From Sulfurovaceae bacterium (GTDB lineage Bacteria > Campylobacterota > Campylobacteria > Campylobacterales > Sulfurovaceae): a DNA stretch of 64,000 bases. Numbering within the stretch: position 1 is the stretch's first letter; each line of letters starts with the position of its first letter. The stretch covers positions 1,117,019 to 1,181,018 of the forward strand of contig OY781042.1 of NCBI GenBank assembly GCA_963676245.1, written 5' to 3'. The notes beneath the pieces were generated by a model. It worked only from the letters and a program-made list of their open reading frames with translations. It was not told where the DNA came from and did not search any database. The translations under genes were made by a program, and so were the position numbers. Positions 1-13,382 of this stretch are shown in pieces.

Positions 1-2
1 TT

Positions 3-935
3 TATGTTCCAGATTCTTTCAATAATCTTCCTGATACGATTGCTGAAGTTTATACGCGACTCAAAAAAGAGGGTGTTATCCAGGAGATTGAAGAGCCAAA
101 GATCAACGAGATACCAAAAACAAGAAGAAACAAAAACTTTGTTTGTACTATCTCTGATGACAGAGGTGAAGAGGCGACCTATTGCGGTTATCCTATAAGT
201 TCGGTTGCGACTCCTGATACGGGATTTACTATCGGTGACATTATGAGTATATTATGGTTTAAGAAAAGATATCCGAGATGGGCGGTTGATTTCTTAGAAA
301 CAGTTCTTAAAACGGTTGCCGATCATGGTCCTGCCGTTAGTGGGGCACATAATGCAAAAGTAACGGCGCGTGCTGGGAAAGATGTTATCTCCTCCTTGAT
401 TGCCGGTCTTTTGACAATCGGTCCAAGATTCGGTGGTGCGATAGATGGTGCGGCAAAATACTTTAAGCATGCGCACTTTCACGATATGACTCCTGCTGAA
501 TTCTTGGCCTATATGAAAAGAGAAGGTGTGCCAATCCCGGGTATCGGGCACAGAATCAAATCGGTTAGAAATCCTGATTTACGTGTTAAAGGATTAAAAG
601 ATCTCGCTAAGGCGACATTCCCTGCAACGCCGTTGCTTGATTATGCTTTGACGGTTGAGGAGCTTACAACTTCTAAAAAAGATAATCTCATTCTCAATGT
701 TGACGGTACGATTGGTATCTTGATGGTTGATATGTGGCGAGCTTTAGGGTACAGTGAAGAGGAGATTGATATATTCATCGATGCAGGTGCGCTTAATGCC
801 TTCTTTATCTTAGGGAGAAGTATAGGCTTTATAGGCCATATCTTGGATGAGAAGAGACTTGGTATGCCTATGTATAGACATCCTTGGGATGATATCCTCT
901 ATGATGTGCATCTTGCCGAGGATATGAAGGTTTAG
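3..935 (+). CDS. aclA: ATP-citrate lyase alpha subunit, C-terminal part (5' end outside the window)
   Basis: Frame 3 is open from nt 3 (YVPDSFNNLPDT...FVCTISDDRGEE...) and runs into the listed ORF 243..935. It has a citrate-synthase-like C-terminal domain with PGIGHRIKSVRNPDLRV. The listed ORF 4..198 is out of frame and spurious. Confidence 0.85.
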   Translation, partial: YVPDSFNNLPDTIAEVYTRLKKEGVIQEIEEPKINEIPKTRRNKNFVCTISDDRGEEATYCGYPISSVATPDTGFTIGDIMSILWFKKRYPRWAVDFLETVLKTVADHGPAVSGAHNAKVTARAGKDVISSLIAGLLTIGPRFGGAIDGAAKYFKHAHFHDMTPAEFLAYMKREGVPIPGIGHRIKSVRNPDLRVKGLKDLAKATFPATPLLDYALTVEELTTSKKDNLILNVDGTIGILMVDMWRALGYSEEEIDIFIDAGALNAFFILGRSIGFIGHILDEKRLGMPMYRHPWDDILYDVHLAEDMKV

Positions 936-996
936 TTTTAATTTTTCTTAAATTTGTGGTATAATTTGAAAAAGTTATACCACAAGAGGGTTTGGA

Positions 997-1635
997 ATGC
1001 ACATAAAAAAAGCTTTCACAATGATTGAGCTTGTTTTTGTCATTGTTGTAATAGGCATCATCGCTGCCGTCGCTCTACCTCGATTTGCTGCAGATAATGT
1101 CCAAGATGCGATGGATCAGATCCTCTCTGATATTCGCTACACCCAACACCTTGCCCTTGTTGATAATGTTATTGATCCAACTAATGCAAGATGGCAAAGA
1201 GCATTTTGGAGTATCCAATTTGAAAATACGGCCGGAGGAGCTCCTAGTAAATGGGCATATACGATAGGCTCTGATTCAAATATGCTTGGAAATTTTAATC
1301 TAGCAGAAGCAGCTGTGGATCCTCGCGATGGTAGGCCGATATTTAGTAGTGTTACGGAAGGCGCTACAAATGTAAGTCCAAAAGTATTTATTTCCAAAAA
1401 GTTTGGTATCACTAATGTTACTTTCGCTGGTAGTTGTACGGGTGCACAATATGTTGGTTTTGATAATTTTGGAAGACCACATCAAGGGCATTTAGGTTCA
1501 GGTTCTCCCGATTATAGTACAGTGTTGCACAATGACTGCAATATTATTTTTACCTTTGCCGGTGGAGAGACTGAGCAAATTACAATTAACAAAGAAACAG
1601 GATATGCCTTTGTGGTTGGTCAAGAAAGCCAATAA
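997..1635 (+). CDS. Prepilin-type N-terminal cleavage/methylation domain protein (type IV pilin / pseudopilin-like)
   Basis: The N-terminus MHIKKAFTMIELVFVIVVIGIIAAVALPRF is a classic class-III signal: FTMIE followed by a hydrophobic helix. The remainder is unrecognised. Confidence 0.8.
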   Translation: MHIKKAFTMIELVFVIVVIGIIAAVALPRFAADNVQDAMDQILSDIRYTQHLALVDNVIDPTNARWQRAFWSIQFENTAGGAPSKWAYTIGSDSNMLGNFNLAEAAVDPRDGRPIFSSVTEGATNVSPKVFISKKFGITNVTFAGSCTGAQYVGFDNFGRPHQGHLGSGSPDYSTVLHNDCNIIFTFAGGETEQITINKETGYAFVVGQESQ

Positions 1636-1690
1636 GATTACTTGACAATAAAACTTTCCAAACTTTTTCCCAAAAAACTTCCAAATCCTA

Positions 1691-1719
1691 TTGACTTTTA
1701 AAAACTTTACTGTTATAAT
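1691..1719 (+). promoter_or_regulatory. Sigma70-type promoter of the rRNA operon
   Basis: TTGACT (1691-1696), a 17-nt spacer, then TATAAT (1714-1719), about 290 nt upstream of the 16S. Confidence 0.6.
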
Positions 1720-1773
1720 ACGCGTCCACTAACACAGAGACCTTAACCGAGTTGGTTGAGAGAGTGAACAGTG

Positions 1774-1793
1774 CATGATCTTTGACAACCAAA
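1774..1793 (+). promoter_or_regulatory. 16S precursor processing stem, 5' arm (partner 3583..3602)
   Basis: catgatctttgacaaccaaa is complementary to tttggttgtcaaaggtcatg just downstream of the 16S, with one mismatch. This is the usual RNase III-type stem bracketing a mature 16S. Confidence 0.6.
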
Positions 1794-2004
1794 TATAAGT
1801 ATAATCAACGTCTATTTGAGATTTAATTTTTGCACCTTTTTTTAAAAAGGTGATAAAAGAGTTAAGCTTAATTAGAAATAGTTAAGTGATTCTTTGACAA
1901 TGGATAAAATAATCCAATAAAAATACTAACTTACGATGCGCAAGCATTGTGCTTTAGTGTTTGGTTCTTTAAGATGGCTTTGCCATCTGTTAAAAGAACT
2001 ATTT

Positions 2005-3516
<1,512 letters not shown>

Positions 3517-3751
3517 CAAGAGTATAGTCTCTTTTCGCTCACACGGAAGAGACAAACTTAGGTAGATGTTGGTTTGATTATGTTTGGTTGTCAAAGGTCA
3601 TGATGATCTTTGAGAAATTGCGAATATTCTTTTATTGAATATTTTGTTTTTAATCGAGGCGTTTGAAGATGAGCGAGGGAGTTTACAAAATAGTAAATGA
3701 CCGAAGCAAAGATGAAAACAACGAAGAGTAAAACAGAAAGAGCAAAAAAGA

Positions 3752-3827
3752 GGGGAATTAGCTCAGCTGGGAGAGCGCCTGCTTTGCACGCAGGAGGTCA
3801 TCGGTTCGATCCCGTTATTCTCCACCA
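3752..3827 (+). tRNA. tRNA-Ala (anticodon TGC) in the 16S-23S spacer
   Basis: 76 nt, ggggaattagctcagctgggagagcgcctgctTTGCAcgcaggaggtcatcggttcgatcccgttattctccacca. It has a G3:U70-type acceptor, the TGC anticodon in cttTGCacg, a T-loop ggttcgatc and an encoded CCA. Confidence 0.95.
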
Positions 3828-4150
3828 TTTTCGGAAACTTGCACTAAAAAAATAAGCTCACATACTATCTTGTATGCTTCGCTTCTTCTTTTAGCACAAC
3901 TTTCTCGAAAAGAAGAGATGAAACTAAATATAAGTTCTTAAACTTTAAGAGTTTATATTTGGTTTTTTAAATCAAAATGTTATTTAACTTACTATTGTTA
4001 AGAGTCTAACGTAATGTTGCAAGATAGAAAAATTGATGCAAATCAAAATTTTTATCGGGTAAAAAATTACAATTTAACAGAAATATTATTTGCTTTTAGC
4101 ATTTAATATCCATGTGCAAACTCATATATGCCTTATTATTTGCTTTTCTT

Positions 4151-4173
4151 GCATTTAGTAAGGTAGTACCTTA
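4151..4173 (+). promoter_or_regulatory. 23S precursor processing stem, 5' arm (partner 7064..7086)
   Basis: gcatttagtaaggtagtacctta pairs with taaggtactaccttattaagtgc after the 23S. A second outer pairing joins ttgttaagagtctaa (about 3995) to ttagactcttaacaa (about 7112). Confidence 0.55.
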
Positions 4174-4189
4174 GAATAAAATAAATTAA

Positions 4190-7050
<2,861 letters not shown>

Positions 7051-7188
7051 ATTTTTTTCTATATAAGGTACTACCTTATTAAGTGCAAAGCACATAGTTG
7101 TAATCGTTACTCTTAGACTCTTAACAATATTAAGTTTCTCTTTCTCAATCAGAGAGAATCAAGCCTACTACGGTAAGTTTGCTTCTCT

Positions 7189-7305
7189 TTGTGGTGGGGT
7201 TAGAGAGAGGGTCACACCCGGCTCCATTTCGAACCCGGAAGTTAAGCCTCTCATCGCCGATAATACTGCACCCTACGGGTGTGGGAATGTAGGTCGCTGC
7301 CACAT
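7189..7305 (+). rRNA. rrf: 5S ribosomal RNA
   Basis: About 117 nt. It has ccggctccatttcgaacccggaagttaagc and a terminal helix tgtggtgg.../...ctgccaca. It aligns by eye to the E. coli 5S architecture. Confidence 0.9.
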
Positions 7306-7659
7306 TGAGAATTCTTTCTTTATTTACAAAATCATTTTTTTATTATTGTTTCGGAATCTTGTTTCTGTTTCTGTTAGTGTTGGTTGTATAGAAATTATTC
7401 TGCCTATACTGTGTTAAAATTAAGATAGTGAAAGCGCCATTGAAATATCCACAAATTCAAGTCAAAGATTTGCAAAATGAGACTATTATATAACAATAAA
7501 ATATCAACATTATTGCACTCTTATTTTGCATATTGAATACAATCGAAACATTTATTTATATAAAAATATGACAATTTGACATATTTTACTTAACTTCAAA
7601 AATATAAATATATAATTTATTTATGCTTATATGCATAATATTAATTTAAAGGAGTGATT

Positions 7660-7902
7660 ATGAGTTTAAAGAAGTTGGCTATCGTTGCCATCATGACATT
7701 CGGAATGCTACATGCGATGAGTTTAGGTGAGTTAAATAAGGCTTCAAAAGAGGATTTAATGGCCATCAAAGGCATCGGAGATAAAAAGGCCGATACCATC
7801 ATGCATGCTAGACCCTATAAATCGTTTGAAGATTTACTCAGTGTCAAGGGTGTTGGTCCTGCTCTCGTTGAGAATATCAAGAAAGACGTGAAAAGCAAAT
7901 AA
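7660..7902 (+). CDS. ComEA-like helix-hairpin-helix DNA-binding periplasmic protein
   Basis: Signal peptide plus two HhH motifs (IKGIGDKKADTI, VKGVGPALVENI). The ATG at 7660 lies 5 nt after AGGAG. The listed GTG at 7654 is less likely. Confidence 0.75.
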   Translation: MSLKKLAIVAIMTFGMLHAMSLGELNKASKEDLMAIKGIGDKKADTIMHARPYKSFEDLLSVKGVGPALVENIKKDVKSK

Positions 7903-7910
7903 ACTCTATG

Positions 7911-7940
7911 AAGACCCTCTTGGGTCTTACTTTGTTTTTT
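7911..7940. terminator. Hairpin terminator between convergent genes
   Basis: aagaccc-tctt-gggtctt followed by a T-run (actttgttttttt). It overlaps the stop of the minus-strand RND gene. Confidence 0.55.
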
Positions 7941-10419
7941 TAGAATAAGGTTTGAGTGTTATAAGCATTTTTGGTAAAAGAAGTATAGCCCCGCTTAGTA
8001 ACGTGAACATGATAATAACCGTTAAAAATCCAAAATATATTGTAGGAATAAGGTTTGAAAACACAAGTACTGAAAAGCCTATCATGATGATGAGTGATGT
8101 GAAAAGCATCGCATAACCGACACTTTGATGTGTATTTACCATTGCTTGGAGGTAGTCTCCTGTTTTATCATACTCCTCTTTATATCTATGTATGTAGTGG
8201 ATGGTATCATCAACGCCAATCCCGATAGAAATAGCGGCAATTGTTATGGTCATCACATCAAGCGGTATGCCTAGCCATCCCATGATTCCAAAAAGGAGTG
8301 ATATAGGGACGATATTGGCTATGAGTGCTATAAAGGCAACCTTGAGAGACCTAAAGAGCAATAAAAACATAATAAAGAGTAGTATGAGAACAAATCCTAA
8401 AGTTTTAATCTGTGAGTCAAAGAGGGATTGCAGCATATTATTATAGAGCACCATAAGATTGGAGAGTCTATATTTCGTATCTTTATTTTGTATCACGCCT
8501 CTTAAATCATGCTCTATCTTTTTGATAAGTTCGTTTCTTCTGAGATTTGGATTGGAGTCTATGATTCTCGTTGAAATCCTTGCTTCATTGGATTCGATAT
8601 TGATATAGGGTCGAAGGAGTAGGTCTTTATATCGATTAGGGAACATCTTGTAAAAGAGCGCTAAAGTGATACCGTCTAAATTTTCGCCGTGATTGAGCAA
8701 TTTCCCTGTTTTAAGGAGCGAGCCAAGAGATTGTACTTTTCCAACTTCGGGGAGTGAATCGAGATAATTATGAACAGCCAAAATCGTCTCCATTTTATCT
8801 TGAGTAAACCAGTATTGCGGGTCATTTGCACTCTTTGCAAATTCGTCTTCAAAATCATCAAAGAGATCATCATCTTGGGTTTCGGTAGTTTTAATATCTT
8901 GTTTGTTATCAAATTGTATGATTACATCAAGCGGTGTTGTGCCTCCAAGCTCTTCATCGATTACCTTCATGCCTTGGTAAATAGCAGTGGTTTTTTTGAA
9001 ATAGTTGATAAAGCTATTTTCGACGATAAGTTTTGATGCTCCGGTAAGAGAGAAGATAACTACGATGATGCTTGTGATGAAAATAGCTTTTTTATCTTTA
9101 AGCACAAGGTTTGCGGTAAAATTTACAAAAGAGAATTTACTACTACGCACAAATGAGTGCTTCTCTTCTTTTCTTGGTCGAAGCATGAGGATGGCCGGAA
9201 AAAGGAGAAAAGCAATGATAAACGATATTGCAACGCCTGTGCTCATCATAAGCCCTAAGTTTTGAACAGGTTTTATGCTTGAGAGAACCAAGGAGCCAAA
9301 TCCTGCTATAGTGGTGATTACGGCGAAGAATGTCGGGTTAAATTTGGAATCCATCGTTTCAACAACAAGCTCTTTTTGAGATATCTTATCATGTGTGATA
9401 TCCTCAACCTCCCTATATCTTACTATGAGGTGGATAACGATTGAAAGTGTAATGATGAGCTGTAATGCAATAAAATTTGAAGATATAACAGTCACTTCCC
9501 AATCAAAAAAACCAAGGAGTCCTGTGGTGGCTACAACAGAAATACTACAGATAATGATAGGCACAAAAACCCACAATACCCTCCTAAATAAAACCCATAA
9601 AATAATCATTAGAATCGCTAGTAAAGATGTGCCGTATATAACAAGATCGCTCTTAACAAAACCGATGATATCAGCTGCAATCATATTGACCCCACCTAAA
9701 AACATAGAGCCCTCTGCACTGTATTTTTTCATCACAACCCTGATACTTGCTATATCTTCTGCTTCTTTGATCCTTGTTTTGTCTCGATAGGTTTTAAACT
9801 CATTGTTTATCTGCTCAAGTTTTATCTTTTCATCTCTGTTAAGCGCAGTTTTTCTACTTTTATCTAGAAGTGCATTTCTTGCTTCGAGATAATGTGTATA
9901 TTGATTATCGTTCTTAAGGTTAAGTATAATCGCTGTAGTTGTGAAATCACTACTCACTAAGTTGTTGCTATAAAATTCTGAAGTAAGAAATTCATGCTTG
10001 ACTAATTTTTTATCAAATTTCTTTGTGCTGAGGGTATCGACTCCGCCGGCAAGGTCACTTAGTGGAAGTGGAGGAGACTCCACAAGGGGGACATTGAGAA
10101 TTGAAGTTATAGAATCAATCGTATCTATTTTAAGAAGGTCATCAGATATCTCTTTTATGATTTGTAGATTAGCATCATCAAGTAGAGCACCTTTTTTTGG
10201 AGAAAAGGTGAGAATCAAAAAGTTTGGACTATAATATTTTTTGGATACTTCTCTTGAAAATGCTAGATCGCTGTCATTTTCTAAGAGTAGCGTCTCAGAA
10301 GAGGCATCTATCTCCAGCTTTGTCGCATAATACCCTAGGATTCCTATGGACAATGAGATAAAAGCGAGTATGGCAAGCGGGTAGCGTGTTACCCACCTTG
10401 CGTAAAACTCTCTGATCAT
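7927..10419 (-). CDS. RND-superfamily (MMPL/COG1033-type) inner-membrane exporter
   Basis: 830 aa with two blocks of about 6 TM helices, each preceded by a large soluble loop. It is translationally coupled (4-nt overlap) to the upstream mlaC-like gene. Confidence 0.75.
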   Translation of the reverse strand: MIREFYARWVTRYPLAILAFISLSIGILGYYATKLEIDASSETLLLENDSDLAFSREVSKKYYSPNFLILTFSPKKGALLDDANLQIIKEISDDLLKIDTIDSITSILNVPLVESPPLPLSDLAGGVDTLSTKKFDKKLVKHEFLTSEFYSNNLVSSDFTTTAIILNLKNDNQYTHYLEARNALLDKSRKTALNRDEKIKLEQINNEFKTYRDKTRIKEAEDIASIRVVMKKYSAEGSMFLGGVNMIAADIIGFVKSDLVIYGTSLLAILMIILWVLFRRVLWVFVPIIICSISVVATTGLLGFFDWEVTVISSNFIALQLIITLSIVIHLIVRYREVEDITHDKISQKELVVETMDSKFNPTFFAVITTIAGFGSLVLSSIKPVQNLGLMMSTGVAISFIIAFLLFPAILMLRPRKEEKHSFVRSSKFSFVNFTANLVLKDKKAIFITSIIVVIFSLTGASKLIVENSFINYFKKTTAIYQGMKVIDEELGGTTPLDVIIQFDNKQDIKTTETQDDDLFDDFEDEFAKSANDPQYWFTQDKMETILAVHNYLDSLPEVGKVQSLGSLLKTGKLLNHGENLDGITLALFYKMFPNRYKDLLLRPYINIESNEARISTRIIDSNPNLRRNELIKKIEHDLRGVIQNKDTKYRLSNLMVLYNNMLQSLFDSQIKTLGFVLILLFIMFLLLFRSLKVAFIALIANIVPISLLFGIMGWLGIPLDVMTITIAAISIGIGVDDTIHYIHRYKEEYDKTGDYLQAMVNTHQSVGYAMLFTSLIIMIGFSVLVFSNLIPTIYFGFLTVIIMFTLLSGAILLLPKMLITLKPYSKKTK

Positions 10420-11006
10420 TTAATCTCTTCACTTCTTAATTGAGCGAGAATTTCTTGAAAGCTTTTTTCTTTGAGAAGTCCGGAAAATTGTTGTCTATAT
10501 GTTTGAATGATACTTACACCTGAGATATCTACATCGTAGATTTTCCAATCACCTTTATTGTTGTAAAAGTTATAATTGATAGGATATGTTTCGTCTTTGC
10601 CTATGAGTTCTGTTTGTAGCTGGAGCCTATTTTTTTGATAGTTTTTGAGCCCGAGCACAACTACTTTTTGATTGTCATAAAGCGCAAGTTTATCGACATA
10701 GGACTGTTTTAATTTTTTTTCAAAAAGCTTAACAAACTCTTTTTTTTCTGAATTTGAGATTGTTCCCCATTGTTGTTTTCCAAGCGCCAATTTAGACATG
10801 ATGCTGTAGTCAAACACTTCATCAAGCAGACTAAATATCTTTCGAGCTTGTTGTTTTTTTGTCAAACTTTTTGTGCTAAGAATATTGAGTGCTTGATTGA
10901 TCTTAATAGATATATTTTTTTCTATCTCATTTTTTTCTAAAGCAAAAAGTCCCGAAGAAAGCGTTGTAAAAAGGATTATAGCTGTTGTTGTTTTTCTAAA
11001 TTTCAT
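10416..11006 (-). CDS. mlaC: MlaC/Ttg2D-family periplasmic phospholipid-binding protein
   Basis: 196 aa with a signal peptide. The toluene-tolerance family pattern is present (FDYSIMSKLALGKQQW...EFVKLFEKKLKQSYVDKL). Confidence 0.7.
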   Translation of the reverse strand: MKFRKTTTAIILFTTLSSGLFALEKNEIEKNISIKINQALNILSTKSLTKKQQARKIFSLLDEVFDYSIMSKLALGKQQWGTISNSEKKEFVKLFEKKLKQSYVDKLALYDNQKVVVLGLKNYQKNRLQLQTELIGKDETYPINYNFYNNKGDWKIYDVDISGVSIIQTYRQQFSGLLKEKSFQEILAQLRSEEIK

Positions 11007-11015
11007 GTTGTTTTG

Positions 11016-11807
11016 TTACTCCTTAATTTGTTGTTCTCTGAGTTGTTTATAACTGTCTCGTAAAAATGGATAGAAATCAAGTGCATCTTTTTTGATACTC
11101 TCATATTGTCCTAGCTGTAAAGAGGTTTTGTTGATGACTTTGTAGGCCTTAATGACAGCCCCCATAGCAGTAGTTTGCGGTATATCGTAATGGAACATGT
11201 GGTCTCCTAAATATGGAAGAGGGCTAATGAAGCTATCAGCTACTAATCCCACCGAGTCTCTTATGTTGGAAGGTCCTAAAAAAGGCCACACGATAGGGAT
11301 ACCTTCGCCTACCCCATAACTTCCTAGGGTTTGGCCAAAATCTTCATCATAACTTTCCCATCCGAGATCACTTTTTGCCGGATCAAAAAAACCTCCAAGT
11401 CCAAACGTTGTATTGACAACAAATCTTCCACCCTCAATGGAGGCTCTTTTAAATTTGAACTGCAATACATTGTTTGTGAGTCTTATTGGGGTTTCAAGGT
11501 TGTAAAAAAATTTTTTTATCGCTACTCTTCCACCTCTTGGAACTACATAGGCATAGCTCGAAGCTATTGGATCAAGTAGGTAGATATATACTTTATCGTT
11601 AAAACTCGTCATAATTCTGTTATAGCCCTCAAGCGGGTCATAAACTGCTTGTGTTTCAAACTCATTATCGAAGTCATCGAAGTCATCAAAAATATCTTGC
11701 TCGGATGAGGCATCCGTTTTTGGCGCAATAGCACTACTATTTGTTTTAGAGCACCCTATAAACAAAAAAGAGAGAAAAAAAACAACAAAAATCTTTTTCA
11801 CCTGCAA
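11016..11807 (-). CDS. mlaA: MlaA/VacJ-family outer-membrane lipoprotein
   Basis: Lipobox FIGC. It has the DPLEGYNRIMTSFND motif and the GLGGFFDPA motif typical of VacJ/MlaA. Confidence 0.8.
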   Translation of the reverse strand: MQVKKIFVVFFLSFLFIGCSKTNSSAIAPKTDASSEQDIFDDFDDFDNEFETQAVYDPLEGYNRIMTSFNDKVYIYLLDPIASSYAYVVPRGGRVAIKKFFYNLETPIRLTNNVLQFKFKRASIEGGRFVVNTTFGLGGFFDPAKSDLGWESYDEDFGQTLGSYGVGEGIPIVWPFLGPSNIRDSVGLVADSFISPLPYLGDHMFHYDIPQTTAMGAVIKAYKVINKTSLQLGQYESIKKDALDFYPFLRDSYKQLREQQIKE

Positions 11808-11981
11808 TTGCCTTCCCTTGAGCTATTTTATATTTAGATATTATAGTTAAAATTACCAAAAATCGTATTGAATAATTGTGTATTACCTGTGGTTTTATCT
11901 TCCAAATAGACTCTATTTTTGAATTTATTTTATTAAATTTAGATAAAATGATAGGGATTAAACTAAAAAAGAGGTATTGAA

Positions 11982-13382
11982 GTGAGTAAGAAAAAGATTG
12001 CATCAGCTAGAATCGGTATTGAGAGCTCCGATTTGCTTAAAGAGCTAAATAACTCATTGCCTTTCGATAAAACACTCTATCTAGAAGACATCAAGGGTTC
12101 ATTGGCACACGCTTCAATGTTGGCGAATAAAGGAATAATCTCCGGAGATGACTTTAAAAAGATAAATCTAGGACTTAATGAGATATTAGAAGAGATTACA
12201 AGTGGAAGCTGGGATATCGAGGAAGACCAACAAGAAGATATCCATATGGCAATCGAGTATAGACTTACTCAAAAGATAGGTGATGCCGGCAAAAGACTTC
12301 ATACGGCTAGAAGTAGAAATGATCAAGTCGCGCTTGATTTTAGACTCTATGTTCAAAAAGAGACAAAAGAGATCACAGCCCTTTTATCCAATCTTATGAA
12401 AAGACTCCTTGAAATTGCTTCAAAGCATACCGAAACACTCCTGCCCGGTATGACGCATCTACAGCATGCACAGCCCATCAACTTCGGATACCACATGATG
12501 GCGTATGCAAGTATGTTCAAAAGAGATTTTGAGCGTTTCTTGAGTAGTTATGAGCGAAATAATCTTTCCCCTCTTGGATGTGCTGCACTTGCAGGGACAC
12601 CCCATCCGATAGATAGGGATATGACTGCATCTGCTTTAGGTTTTGATGCGCCTACACTCAACTGTCTCGATACCGTGAGTGATAGAGATTTTGCATTAGA
12701 GATTCTTTTTAATATCGCCACAATGATGATGCATATCAGTAGACTCAGCGAGGAGTTGATACTTTGGAGTAGTAGTGAGTTTGGATGGATAAAACTATCA
12801 GACAGACATGCGACAGGGAGCTCTATCATGCCCCAGAAGAAAAACCCGGATATCCCCGAACTACTTCGTGGAAAAACCGGTCGGGCAAATGGAAATCTAA
12901 TCTCGCTTTTGACAGTAATGAAGGGTTTACCACTCGCTTACAATAAAGATATGCAAGAAGATAAAGAGGGGGTTTTTGATAGTGTCAAGACGGCAAAACT
13001 TTCTTTGAGTGTACTTGAGGAGATGCTTACGCAGATGACAATCAAAAAAGAGGCGATGGAGCGTGCTTGCAAGGTTGGTCATTTAAGCGCTACTGATCTT
13101 GCTGATTATCTTGTAAAAAAACTAGGCATTCCCTTTAGAGATGCGTATCATATCGTCGGCAATGTTGTCAATCTAGCAGAAGAGCAAGGCATAGATATAT
13201 CGGAGCTGAGCTTGGAGACCTTGCAGAGTATTGAGCCCAATATAGAAGAGGATGTTTTAGGCATTTTAGATAATAGAGCCTGTATGAATGCTAGAAGATC
13301 AAAGGGTGGCACGGCCACTATCCGCACTAAAGAGCAGATAGAAGCACTCAAAGGCTGGCTCAATAAATCTAGGAGTTTTTAG
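11982..13382 (+). CDS. argH: Argininosuccinate lyase
   Basis: 466 aa with the fumarate-lyase signature [12 protein letters not shown] and an ArgH-type N-terminus. GTG start. Confidence 0.92.
   Translation: MSKKKIASARIGIESSDLLKELNNSLPFDKTLYLEDIKGSLAHASMLANKGIISGDDFKKINLGLNEILEEITSGSWDIEEDQQEDIHMAIEYRLTQKIGDAGKRLHTARSRNDQVALDFRLYVQKETKEITALLSNLMKRLLEIASKHTETLLPGMTHLQHAQPINFGYHMMAYASMFKRDFERFLSSYERNNLSPLGCAALAGTPHPIDRDMTASALGFDAPTLNCLDTVSDRDFALEILFNIATMMMHISRLSEELILWSSSEFGWIKLSDRHATGSSIMPQKKNPDIPELLRGKTGRANGNLISLLTVMKGLPLAYNKDMQEDKEGVFDSVKTAKLSLSVLEEMLTQMTIKKEAMERACKVGHLSATDLADYLVKKLGIPFRDAYHIVGNVVNLAEEQGIDISELSLETLQSIEPNIEEDVLGILDNRACMNARRSKGGTATIRTKEQIEALKGWLNKSRSF

Noticed and set aside
4-198. 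The 64-aa ORF at the left edge.
   Set aside because: It is out of frame with the continuous aclA reading frame that spans nt 3..935, and its composition is non-protein-like.
1642-1647. A second TTGACA upstream of the rRNA promoter, and a TTGACA at 1782 in the leader.
   Set aside because: Neither has an acceptable -10 hexamer at 16-18 nt spacing. The one at 1782 is part of the 16S processing stem.
7576-7604. A possible comEA promoter (TTGACA at 7576).
   Set aside because: The best -10 candidate at 17-nt spacing is only AAAATA. The region is so AT-rich that such matches are expected by chance.
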